Shown: positions 26,446 through 38,100 of the stretch, in pieces
Layout: each line of letters begins with the position of its first letter
Numbering within the stretch: the first letter of the stretch is position 1
NCBI GenBank assembly: GCA_030264375.1
Contig: JASCQW010000081.1
Coordinates: 49,871,772 to 49,935,771 of the forward strand
Length of the DNA: 64,000 bases
Origin: Carcharhinus longimanus
Taxonomy: Eukaryota
Direction of reading: 5' to 3'
Translations under genes and position numbers: made by a program
Notes under the pieces: generated by a model
The model's database searches: none
What the model was told of the DNA's origin: nothing
Seen by the model: only the letters and a program-made list of their open reading frames with translations

Positions 26446-29400
26446 CTGGTAAACAAATCATATTAAATGCCTCTCACTGGTATTGTAGCCTGATGCGTAT
26501 TTAGAGAGGTAATTACTCTGTAAGTTTAATACTCATTTATATACACTATACATAAATTATTTTTATATTTCTAAAACGTTAACATTTAATTAACTTAATT
26601 AAACCCATTTGCTCCCCACCAGCATCCTCCAGTCATACTGTATCTTTTGACCCTCCTAATTTAGAGAGCATTTCTATTTTCTTCTTACTTAAATATGTTC
26701 CTTTGTGGGTTATAAATTGTGATCATTTACATCTATCATGAAAATTTTACCCTCAACTCACTAAAAAGAAAATGATTTCCTTGAAAAAAGATGTTTGAAC
26801 ATTTTAAAAAGATATAATTGGTAATGTTTATATCACTACCCATGAAGTATTACCCTTTTGTTTTTAATGTAAACGTTTCATGCTCGACAAAAGATTGGAT
26901 TAAAACATTAAGTTGCTGATGCTTTGCTCACTGTGATTATCAATTGATCTGATTCATGATCACAATTACAGCTGACTGCCGTTGAGTTAGCACAATGTTT
27001 ACTGCAACCCTGTAACAAACTATTAATTGTGTCTTAAAAGTGGACTGAGGTAAGAAAAAATCTTCCAGTTTTCCTACGGCACATCTGGAATTGTGGTGAT
27101 GAATCTTTACATGTACACTACCAAAAGAGTATTATTAAACCGTTAAAGCGTTTGTATGTTTTTATACATCATAATGTATCATTTCTAAAAAGAGTCTTGG
27201 TCAGAATAGCAAGTTTTGTCTCTCTTATAGATGCTGATTGACTGGCTGTGCTTTTATTTCACTTCACCTACATTTTTTTATGCTACATAAATTTATTACC
27301 TTCTTACCATACTGAACTCAAATCATGAAATTCAAAGCAATCTCCTCTTCCAGGTACCAGGCCCAAAGAGGACATTAGTGACCATGAGCCATTGGATTAG
27401 TCCATGATTATGCCTAACAAAGTAGTGCAATTGTTTGGCATTGCCTGCTGCAGTATGGCTGACCAGGAAACTTTCCCATTCTGCCATCAGGCACATTGGA
27501 AGGATTTACCTGATTGACCACATTATGAACACATCTTCCATGGTCATCAAATCCTGATGTGGAACTTGAACCCAAAGCTTCTAACCCAGAAGTAGGGTTG
27601 GTATCACTGCACCACAAAACATCCTTCAAAGCAAATTATTTTCTTTAACAGGAATTAATTTCTAATGTGTCATCAATCTCATATATCACTGCATACAGTA
27701 TAATCACCTCCAAAATGGGGAGATCAACTATAATGGGCAGATTGAGTGCCTCCTTTTCTGAACATCTCCCATCTGTCAGTAAACATGCACCTCAGCTTTC
27801 TTTGCCCTCATTATTTAGCTCCCTCACCTGGCTTCCTGAACTGGAGTCCCATTTACCCTTGTGCAGAGGCAGTACTGGGAAAAGCACTTCAGTTTCAGGC
27901 CACGTTGTGCATGTAAAATTGGCCTATTTGGTTGTGTTTGATTTCTAGGCTATTGCAATAACTACCACAAGGCTTGAACATTTGCAAAGGACAGCCTATG
28001 CTACTGCTGAAGACTGAGCCATTCTGCTTTATTGCTTTGCTCAGTACTACCTTGCCTTTAGCCCATGGACAACAAAAGGCAAGTGTAGTCAGTGTACCTA
28101 TTCAACATATTTTTGAAAAATCTGTAAGTTTGTGTACCAAGCATTTAACTTGTATTTGCAAATAGGATTTGAAAGAATTGACATATTCTTCCAAACATCC
28201 CAAATAAATTGTGATGCAAACAATTCAGAGGAGTTTTTGCTAATGGACCTTAAACCCCATGATTGCCTTCACTAATTTTGTTATCTTGAAAGGAATATTT
28301 TCAAGATAGAAAGTTTTATATTTCTATATTTTTGTTGTATTGCTGTAGCTACAATGGATAACAGGATATGGATATTAAGTGTATATGTTAAGTGGGTATT
28401 AAATATATGGAAGTTATATTTCTTGCATGTTGTCCATTTTTGCTCTAACATGCAGCAATATACCCTCCCATCTAGTTAAAGCACAGCCCAGAACACTGCT
28501 GAACTATACAGATCAGAAAGGTCACACATTTATACCCAGTCTTGCTATGTTACCTGAATCTCAGCTTGTGTGGCAACAATGTTATTACAAATCATCTCAA
28601 TGTCCTGTGCAATAGAGAAGACATATTCTACGGGTTTCACTCCCCTGATTGTTTCTTGCTGTCGTTAAACGTGGCCAGATCAACTGAGTTTGCCACTTGC
28701 TGAAGTCCTCAAAGCTGCTAATTCCCTGGCCATTACATACTATCATTTTCCCACCTCAAGCTACCAATGCTATTTTTATTCACATCATTGTTATGGACTT
28801 ACTAATGTTGAGTTTTCATCTAGTCCCTGCTGCCAGATTTCTGCAAGAGAGTGGCCTAAGTACACTTCTAAGGCAAAATTTCTATCATCCCAGTTCCTGC
28901 TATTCTCTCTCCTTTCCGGAATGTCTCAGTCATGACTCTTAATCCAAAGTGCTATTATTTATATTTAGCAGGACTGGTATCACACAGGCACATTAACAGT
29001 AATTTTGAGAATTTGACCATCTTCCACAAAGCTTCCAGATCTGTGCAGAAAATAATTCCACTGGTATTTCTTTAACTTTGTAAAATAGATGTAACTTACA
29101 ATTCAGCCCTTTTCGCTAACTCAAATGTCTAATTTTCTTACTTTGTTTTCTGAGCTTTAAAAACTTCCATTATTTAATAAATAATTTGATGTTACTGGGG
29201 GAAAAAAGAAAGCTATTCAAAATGTTTGGGGTTAAAGTTTAAGTAAGCTGAGTAAACCACTTTATAGATTCCAATTTAATCTCAACCTTCCAGTGGTGAT
29301 TCCTGCTGGAAAGTACATGTGTGTGGATGCAAGGTGCAGAAAGGGTCAGGTTTGACTGTGATTCTCCCTTCCCAATGAGGGAATAACTGTCTAGCAGTCA

Positions 29401-30871
29401 TTGTCTCGATTCACGCATGAGGTCACTGTGGATAAAGTAGCCTAGGGCCGACTCAACAGCAAAACTGAACAGGGGAGCAAAATTGATTTTTTTTAAAAAC
29501 TTGCATTGAAACTTAAACTTAAAAATGGTTCACAGAACATTGTTTGAACATTGTTATTTTTCTACCATTAATTTCCTTTAAGAAAATTACCAAAGTTATG
29601 TGGCCCCAAGTGTCATGTGCTCAGTGTGTAAGCTTCTGTCTCTTTCCCATGGCTGCTCATTTCCGCAGGAAAAAAAATCTTTACAAATTAGACACAGTAA
29701 ATTGGTCTGATAATAGTTCAAAACTGATATCTGAATAGTGTCACTTTATAGATCTCTTTGTAACCAGGAATTTACTCCACAGAATATATTAGATTTGGAA
29801 GGTCTGAATGTCACTGACATTATTGGCAGCTGTGTTAACAGTGAAAGGAGCGTGCTGTGTATGCCACAGTTATTAAATTTCTCCAGAGACCATGACTCAT
29901 TTAATCAAATATTCATACCTCTCTGTAAATACACACTGAACAGTGTATCCCCTTAGAGAAAAGCATCCCAGTACAAGCACCCTTTCATGTAAAAACTGCA
30001 ACAAAAAAATCCTCAGAACATGTGGTCATGTTTTTGAATTTATAATGTGTGCAATTCTCCACTGCCATTTCCAAAAAGGACATAAGTGAACCCCTCTGAC
30101 CGATTACAAAATGTTCATGGTCACACAATTAAATTAAAAATTATTCTTTCATTGCTTCATACCAACCATTTTTAATCTGTAACCAAGAGGCCCACAATGA
30201 ATTCTCCTTCTGTTCCCTTGTTTACCATCAATTCAATGGGTTCTCAAATAACGGATGAAAAAAGCCAGGAACAACCCATAACTACAAGAATTTGTATTTA
30301 GCATGACAACAAACTATTGCTTACATTGCCAATAGAAGTCATAAAAACAGATTTTACATGTGTGCTGTTTCCCGTGGTTTAAGTTCTCAGTGTGCAACTA
30401 GAAGTTGAAATGACTAGATAATTTTTTCATATTTCTCAGGTTTGATGTTTGTGCCTGTTCTCTTTTAACATGTTTTACAAATCTGTTCAAGAAAAAACTA
30501 ATGTTCATGATTAACCATAGGCATTTTGCTTGCTCGGATACATGGATCTTGAAGGTTACTGGTTCAATCCTTGGTCTACTTAAGTTAGATAGGATCAGCC
30601 AGTGGCAAAGCTATAATCAGTCTTAGGCCCCTTGTTCTTTGAAGAGAAAATTGCTGATTGCAACCCCAGAATCCCTGGTGAAATATATGTGGGTCTGGAC
30701 TGTAGATGATTGGATGAACATGGGATTAGATTATGAACTCCACATCTCACTCCTTACCCCCACACACCTCACACCCCCTCAATTCCTGGCCAAATAGTCC
30801 AGGCTCACATTAATGAGATATTCAAGGTAGATATTGCATCAGCACTACAGCCAACATAAACTAGTGCTTTG

Positions 30872-31015
30872 CAAAAGCAAAGTACCATGCATGCTAGAAA
30901 TCTGAAATAAAAAACATAAAATACCAAGCAGCATCTGTGGAGAGAAAAAATAATATTTTTCTCTCCACGGCTGCTGCTTGACTTACTACATATTTGCAGT
31001 AAATTTTCTATTTTT
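30872..31015. repeat. Penelope-like palindromic repeat common in shark genomes (other pieces at ~10450, ~14830, ~16480, ~42995, ~46195)
   Basis: agcagcatctgtggagagaaaaa-loop-tttttctctccacggctgctgct hairpin; motif ctctccacagatgctgccagacctgctgagt recurs across the window. Confidence 0.65.
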
Positions 31016-31735
31016 ATATTATAAAGTAGTGCTCTGCAAGGAGAGAATTAAGAGAAGAAAATTCTAGGGAGAACTGCAAGCAAGAAATATTTCGGCACCT
31101 AAACTGAAAGTGCTTATTGGGGCAGCAAAAAGGAAACTTTATCCTGCATCTAAGCAATGCTATACCTCACTTAACACTTAAAAAGGCTGTGTGGAGGGAA
31201 TGTTATTTCTTTCTAAACGTTGCTACATATATATTATCCTAGGCCTCTGGATTACTTGTCCTGTGACAATACCACTCCCCAGCCTCCCCCTAAATTAGGG
31301 ACAAGGAACAAGTACAGGTCAATAAGGCCAGATGAAGGACAAGTATCACCTATTGCAGAACAGAATACAGATGGCTACATTTTAGATTAATTCTACTGTT
31401 GGAGTGAGGAAAGATTTTATCCCAAAGGAACGATGATGAGGAAAATGCAGCATTCAAGACTTTGGATGCAGAGGCTACAATGAGATAGTAAGGTCAAAGG
31501 GCTACGGGTGGGGAATTTATGGGTAAGGGTCATATAGGCTGGCAGGGAAATCTTTTGGCTGGTGCACAATTCTGTTCAGTTATCAGTCTTATTGTGATGA
31601 CCCCTGATTAATATTTCCTCTGGTCTCCAGTGGCTATAATTTAACTTAGAGAACATGGAAGAGCAAAAGATGGACAAAGGAAACTGCAGGCAAAAAAAAT
31701 GTTCCAATGAGAAAATAAACCAATATTTGCATAAT

Positions 31736-31767
31736 TTTATTCATGGTCAATTTTAAAAAAGTTTATT
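31736..31767 (-). terminator. Two candidate polyadenylation signals (AATAAA) of ATG4C
   Basis: tttatt on + at 31762-31767 and 31736-31741, about 210-240 nt past the stop codon. Usage is not demonstrated. Confidence 0.5.
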
Positions 31768-31978
31768 TTCATAACTATACATAGTCAGAAACTATATCAG
31801 GGAAGATTACATTTTTTATATACAATAAAATATCTACTTTGTACCATAGCAAAGTATTTTTAAATCAGCAGCATTAAGCTATATAATTACAGATTCATTG
31901 TACATCAGTACTAATGGATACCCACAATAGATGCCAGCACTGACAGGGTAGTCCCACTGCATTTGTTGTGAAACTCCG

Positions 31979-32158
31979 TTACAGCAAGACAAACTCCTCA
32001 TTACTCAATCTCTCTGCTTTCCTCCTTCGAGTCTCTGAGAGGTGTACAGCTGAATCAGCTTTTGGCGCGCAAAGTTTATCAATATCATAATCTCTAGCGT
32101 GTCCTTTTGAAAAAGTAAACAGTGGATATTTCTCCTTGGAAGACGGTGATTTCAGAAC
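31979..32158 (-). CDS. ATG4C: ATG4C last coding exon (180 nt incl. stop): [25 protein letters not shown]...[10 protein letters not shown]
   Basis: Acceptor aactttag|GTT; KEKYPLFTF motif; C-terminal LIR FVLL; TAA at 31981-31979. Confidence 0.95.
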   Translation of the reverse strand, partial: VLKSPSSKEKYPLFTFSKGHARDYDIDKLCAPKADSAVHLSETRRRKAERLSNEEFVLL

Positions 32159-35100
32159 CTAAAGTTTAAATACAAAAAGAAAACTTTTCAATTTATTTTC
32201 ATATTTTGCAAATCACATTTTTTTGTGTAAGTGGAAAATTAATGTTTTACTTTTAACGGTGATACTCAGTTCCATTTCCCTCCAAGCCCAAGCTTTTGAT
32301 ACCTCTAACAAAACTGTCATTCTTCATACAGGATTTGACCGAGTGAGTATTCGGAGGTTATAATAGCCAAACCTGATTCTTTGCACAATCTGAGCTGGAT
32401 TGCATCACTTCTCTGAAGACAGGTTGGAGGTGTAAAATAGCAGCGGGACACTTTGGAAGGATATTCTGAATGGCAGCAAAAAGCTGCATGCTGACCAGAG
32501 GCCTTTAGCCAATTAAACTAATTAAGGGCTACGTCCTGTCGCCATATCCATTTTACTGGGGTCAGGGTGCCCCCCCACCCCCCAATGCATGGGAGGAGGT
32601 CACTCAGTAAATTCTAGCTGCCTTCCAGTGGGTTTCTGTGGAGTCGGGGGAGGGGTACCTGCCACCGCCTACCCTGCCAGTCTTCAGAGGGCTGGTAAAA
32701 TTCAAACTAGGATGTATAAAATACTAGATTTGGCCATTGTGGCCTGCTGACATGCGTAGTTAGGAACATTGCTGAACAGCGACAGCCTTGGTAGAGTTAT
32801 CAGTCAACTTTGGGAGGGAGGAATTCACTCTCCTAGCCCCAGCACATTAAAGTATTTTCTTGGCCTTCAACATTGGAGGCTGTAGGATCCATTCATTCTT
32901 TTAGAACATAGACACAACTAGTCCAAAGTAGAAAACTTCTTTACTAAGCATCCTTCAGAATTTAGCATTTACAAAAAGTGAAATAATGATTACTTAAGAA
33001 AGAGAGAGAGAGAGAAAGAACGAAAGAAATGGACAAAGCAGCAGAAGCCAGTACCGTGTTGGCCAAAGAACTCAAAACATAATCTGGATCGAACTGACTA
33101 AACATCAATCTCTGTCTACAATATAACTGAATACTTATCTATGTTATTAAAGAGCTGGGTACAAGCAGTATTCTACACATAAATAATTGGCAATTGTGAC
33201 CATGAAATACTGCTGTTTACCTTACGAGAAAGCCTATTTACCTTACATTGTACTTTCAAAGAATGTAACCAATTACTACGCTAAACCCAGAATTCCAATC
33301 TCTTTTAAAATGTGGCCAAATTAGTTTAAGCTAGCTTTAAAGCATAGCATAATTAGTTACATAGAAAAAAAACCTTAAAACGAAGCCTTTTAATGAAAGT
33401 ACATCATATAGAGGGTCCCACAGAGGCGTACTCTTTCCTGCAGCCTAAGTAGCCACTATCAGTGGCGCTGCAGAGTCTGCCAAGCTGTTGTCCCTCTTAT
33501 TGGGTTGGAAGCTCTAGGAGGCAGTCAACCATCATCAACTACGCAGCAGTCCTAGCAGCAGCTTCTTAACTGGCCCCTGGCAATGAAGTGCTGCCCAGGG
33601 TCTCACTATCTGTCCCGATGGGCTTGGGTTCTGTTTTTGGTCCTGCAGTGGGATAATCTGGTTTTCAATAAAATTCTGGCCCCAACGTCTACCCATGCAT
33701 TTTTCCACAATTCAGAGATTGTAATTTAAGAGGAGCAGCCCTTATGTAAAGATCTAGAGCTGGTTTATAGTTCCCTAAGTGCAAAGGTTAATTGTAAAAC
33801 CCTACCACTGGCCAAGCCGAAATTAGTCAATTTAGCATAAACATGGGAAATTCCTGGTCTGTACAGCTCCATCATAGCAAGGAGTATCACCACCAACTGA
33901 GCCACTGAAAAGCCAGTGATTACATTTTAACAATACTGCAAGTAGACAGGTTAAATCTGCTCACCTCACTCCTGATTGGCGCAAGTTAAAATTTCATAAA
34001 TGTGTATTCAAATGCACAATATTGCTCACTGATATCTGATGAAACTACAAACGATCGAATAAAGCTGATGGCAGCATCCACTCCTATTCAATGTCATATA
34101 TTTGAAGGCTGTTTTAAAATTTCAATTCCAAAACAACAGGGCTGAGTACAGTGATGTACTCACTAATTGTGGAACAGCACCCGTTTCAGGTTATCACCCT
34201 ATTGACTGCAAACTGTAAATTGAGTGTTATGCCGCATTTTTGTATTGCGAAGTAGCACTATAACTGAAACAAAATAACTGTGCACTATGAAAATACATCA
34301 AACCAGGACTAAAAAAATGAAAAGAAACTTCAAATACTGTCAGGCACTAGCAATATCTGACACTAAAAAGTAGTGTTCTCAAGTTATGAGATGAATTCAA
34401 AAGGAAGCAATGAGACATTTATGGATCTTAGACATAAAAATATGTTTAAAGACGAGGCAATAATTGGTGTGACTAAATGAACCAAGTTGGCTTTTTAAGG
34501 AGGGCTTTACAATTAGTTTTGAAAGGTAGATTGGTTGTAATTTTAACTTAACTTACTGGGTAAAAAAACCAATGTAATAGACTGGAATGCCAATTTTAGA
34601 TCCTGCCAATGATTGCTCTTTATTGAAATACAAGATGGGGTGGAAAAAATGCGACTGATTTGTTTATAGGTAGCAAGAGGAAAACACAAGCAGAAAAGCA
34701 CAAAGAATTACATAGGATACTTTCCAGCCAACATCTGAGCAACAGTTTGCTAATATTCTTACCATATCTGAACCACAGTTAGGTATGTATCTGCTAAATC
34801 AATAGTTTTTACATTTAAAATTGCTCATTATAATTTTTATGCAGAATAGGAACTTTAAGATAAATTAAATTTCCGTATAGTTAAGCACATTTTCGCATTC
34901 ATTAAGGAAATCATTTTTTTCCAATTCAAACTAGCTTTAATTTGTGTCACGAATGAAATATTTTATCAGAACTACACAGTATAAAGCTTCATTTAATTCC
35001 CAGCGCTAATGTAGGAGATTTGTTCAGCTTGAATTTATTTTACTTTCAATATTGCCACCTGCTGGTGACAATACTGGACAGCTATTTGGAAAATGCTGCA

Positions 35101-38100
35101 AGGCCAAAAGAATGGCGTTAATAAAAATGGTGAATACAATCCTAGACTAATCATTGACAGAGATGTGTTTTAGAATATTGCAGACCGTTATCAACATATT
35201 TCCTTCACTAAAACATGAATATGTTGGAAAGAAAAGCAATTACCATAAGACCCAAGAATAACTGAACTTGAAGGAATGGGCTAACAGAAGTTTAAGATCA
35301 TAAACTGACTTGCCGAAGGTGGCCCAGTCAAATTGCTCATTGTGCTCAAGGATTCAAACACCAGGGGGTACAAGTTACAAACAGGTACCTTATGTAAAAA
35401 GGAAATGAGGCAGAACTTTTTCACCAAAAAGGTTATAGAGATGTAGAATAAATCAGAAAAGTCTCCTGAAGCAGATAATATAAATGCCTTCAAGAAGCAA
35501 TTATGTAAGTTTCTACAGAGGGAAAGACTAGGGGGCATAGTAAGAAGCTGGAGAGGTCATTCAAAAGAGAACAGACTTGTTAGCCTCTTGATCTTCTTTT
35601 CTTAAGAATTCTTATGTTCTCACAAAAATGAAATATGATCACATCTCACCTCAAAACCTTTTTGACTGAGAGAATAACCTGACAATGTCTTAATATACTG
35701 CCTGTACTAATCTACAAACAAAGAGATGCACTTAAAAAATACACTCTTATGAATTGCTTGCTTCTCCCTATATCTCTCCTCCGATACCCAAAAAAAGTGT
35801 GAAGCTCACCAACTAACCATAGTTTAGCTAATGTGCAGTTAGCTACAAGTTGGTATCCAGTATTTGATTCTATTAATTAAGATACCAAAACTGAGGCAAA
35901 ATGTGTTAAAAACGTAGTAGTGTGCAGCACAATAAGTTAGCACACTTATTTTTAAAACAGATTAAAATTCAGGTCCTATTGAGTGATGAAGGTTCCTCAG
36001 CCTACATAGAACATAGAACAGTACATTACAGGCCCTTTGGCCCTCGATGTTGTGCCGAGCTATGTCCAAACCCAAGATCAAGCTATCCCACTCCCTATCA
36101 TTCTGGTGTGCTCCANNNNNNNNNNNNNNNNNNNNNNNNNNNNNNNNNNNNNNNNNNNNNNNNNNNNNNNNNNNNNNNNNNNNNNNNNNNNNNNNNNNNN
36201 NNNNNNNNNNNNNNNNNNNNNNNNNNNNNNNNNNNNNNNNNNNNNNNNNNNNNNNNNNNNNNNNNNNNNNNNNNNNNNNNNNNNNNNNNNNNNNNNNNNN
36301 NNNNNNNNNNNNNNNNNNNNNNNNNNNNNNNNNNNNNNNNNNNNNNNNNNNNNNNNNNNNNNNNNNNNNNNNNNNNNNNNNNNNNNNNNNNNNNNNNNNN
36401 NNNNNNNNNNNNNNNNNNNNNNNNNNNNNNNNNNNNNNNNNNNNNNNNNNNNNNNNNNNNNNNNNNNNNNNNNNNNNNNNNNNNNNNNNNNNNNNNNNNN
36501 NNNNNNNNNNNNNNNNNNNNNNNNNNNNNNNNNNNNNNNNNNNNNNNNNNNNNNNNNNNNNNNNNNNNNNNNNNNNNNNNNNNNNNNNNNNNNNNNNNNN
36601 NNNNNNNNNNNNNNNNNNNNNNNNNNNNNNNNNNNNNNNNNNNNNNNNNNNNNNNNNNNNNNNNNNNNNNNNNNNNCAAGTCAAATTAAAGCCAATTCAG
36701 AGTCCCAACAAGTTGGGACATTCCCGATCCAAGCTGACAAGACAAAGCTCTCACCTCCTGTCTTGGGCTTGATCTACATGATCTAAGCTGATTGGAGTAG
36801 ATGTAGCTCCTCCTCCAAGGCTTGATCTAATTTGCACCTTAGCCAACTGAATGGCTTGCTAGGCCAAATCAGAAGGCATTTAAGAATCAACCAAATTGCT
36901 GTGGATCTGGAGTCACATTTAGGACAGACCAGGTAAGGATGGAAGTTTTACTTCCCTAAAGGACACTAGTGCAAAAGGTTATTATGACAATCGACAATGG
37001 TTTCATGGTCATTGGTAAACTTTTAATTCCAGATTTTCTTTTACTGAATTCAAATTTCACCACCTGCCGTGGTCGGATTCAAACATGAGTTCCCAGAGTC
37101 TGACATTCAATTAACCCCATCATACAGAGAGCTTTAATCTGCATATAACCATATTACACTTGACCTAGAGCTGTAAAACAGTAGCAGTAAATGCCTAAAG
37201 TGAAAAACATATTCTAGCATCGAGATGGGAAACAGACATTATTTTTCCACTCTCGACCAAAAGAACACCCAAATTCACTGTAAATGGTCCACACCATTGC
37301 TCCTTACCAGCTGAGAGGAGCCAAGTCCATAAAATCAGTGATTTTGCAGGTCTGTTTGGCTCAATACTACACCATGTTTGCATTTTTCCATTAAGTCACT
37401 CGGGGGATTCTTCAAGTGTAATTAACAGTTTTTATATATTGCTAGAGAAACAACAGAAAACCACTTAGCTTAGTAGTTCCTCAGTTTATTCCATCAACAA
37501 TTCTTACTACACACCTTTGTTATCTCATCAATTATTTTTTCAAAATCATCTTCATTGTGCGAGTAAAACCCTATTGTGCAGCTGGGATCCATTTTACTAA
37601 ATGACATCTTTTTCGGAGAAGGACAGTGATATGACTGAAAAGACAAAGTAGCAAAATTAGCTCATCAGCAAAAGTTCTGCTAGAATAACAAACAACTTGT
37701 ATTTATATAGCACCTTTAACATAATCAAAACTTCCAAAGACACATCCACACTAAGTTAGATTAATCTACACCATGTATGCAACATCAACTTTCTTTTCTT
37801 AACATACATTTTTCAAGAGAAAATTCACTTCATCCACTAATTACTGACTCACTGTTGAATACAACACAAGTAATCTTAAGTAATGCAGCGTTATTAATGG
37901 AAAAGTAAGTTGAGTGTAATGAGTTGGATGTTGGGGAGATGAGATGGGGATTGGGTCCATGGGTGGAGTTAGTGGCTTGGGGGAATCCTTGGGGTCGGGG
38001 TAATGGGAGTCAGGAGCATCCCATGGTGGAGAGTTGGTCTGGGTCTTTACAATAGTTACCCAGAATTTAGAAGAGGTTTTTAACTTTCTAACTTTTTCTG

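Noticed and set aside
33451-33472. CTCF-like word gccactatcagtggcgctg
   Set aside because: Spacing does not fit the core motif, and it lies in a probable GC-rich repeat remnant.
35922-36786. Long ORFs (193-255 aa), plus similar ones at 8207, 13598, 22313, 40161, 42698, 43382, 44600, 45788, 50908
   Set aside because: They are open only because they run through N-gaps (poly-X translations).
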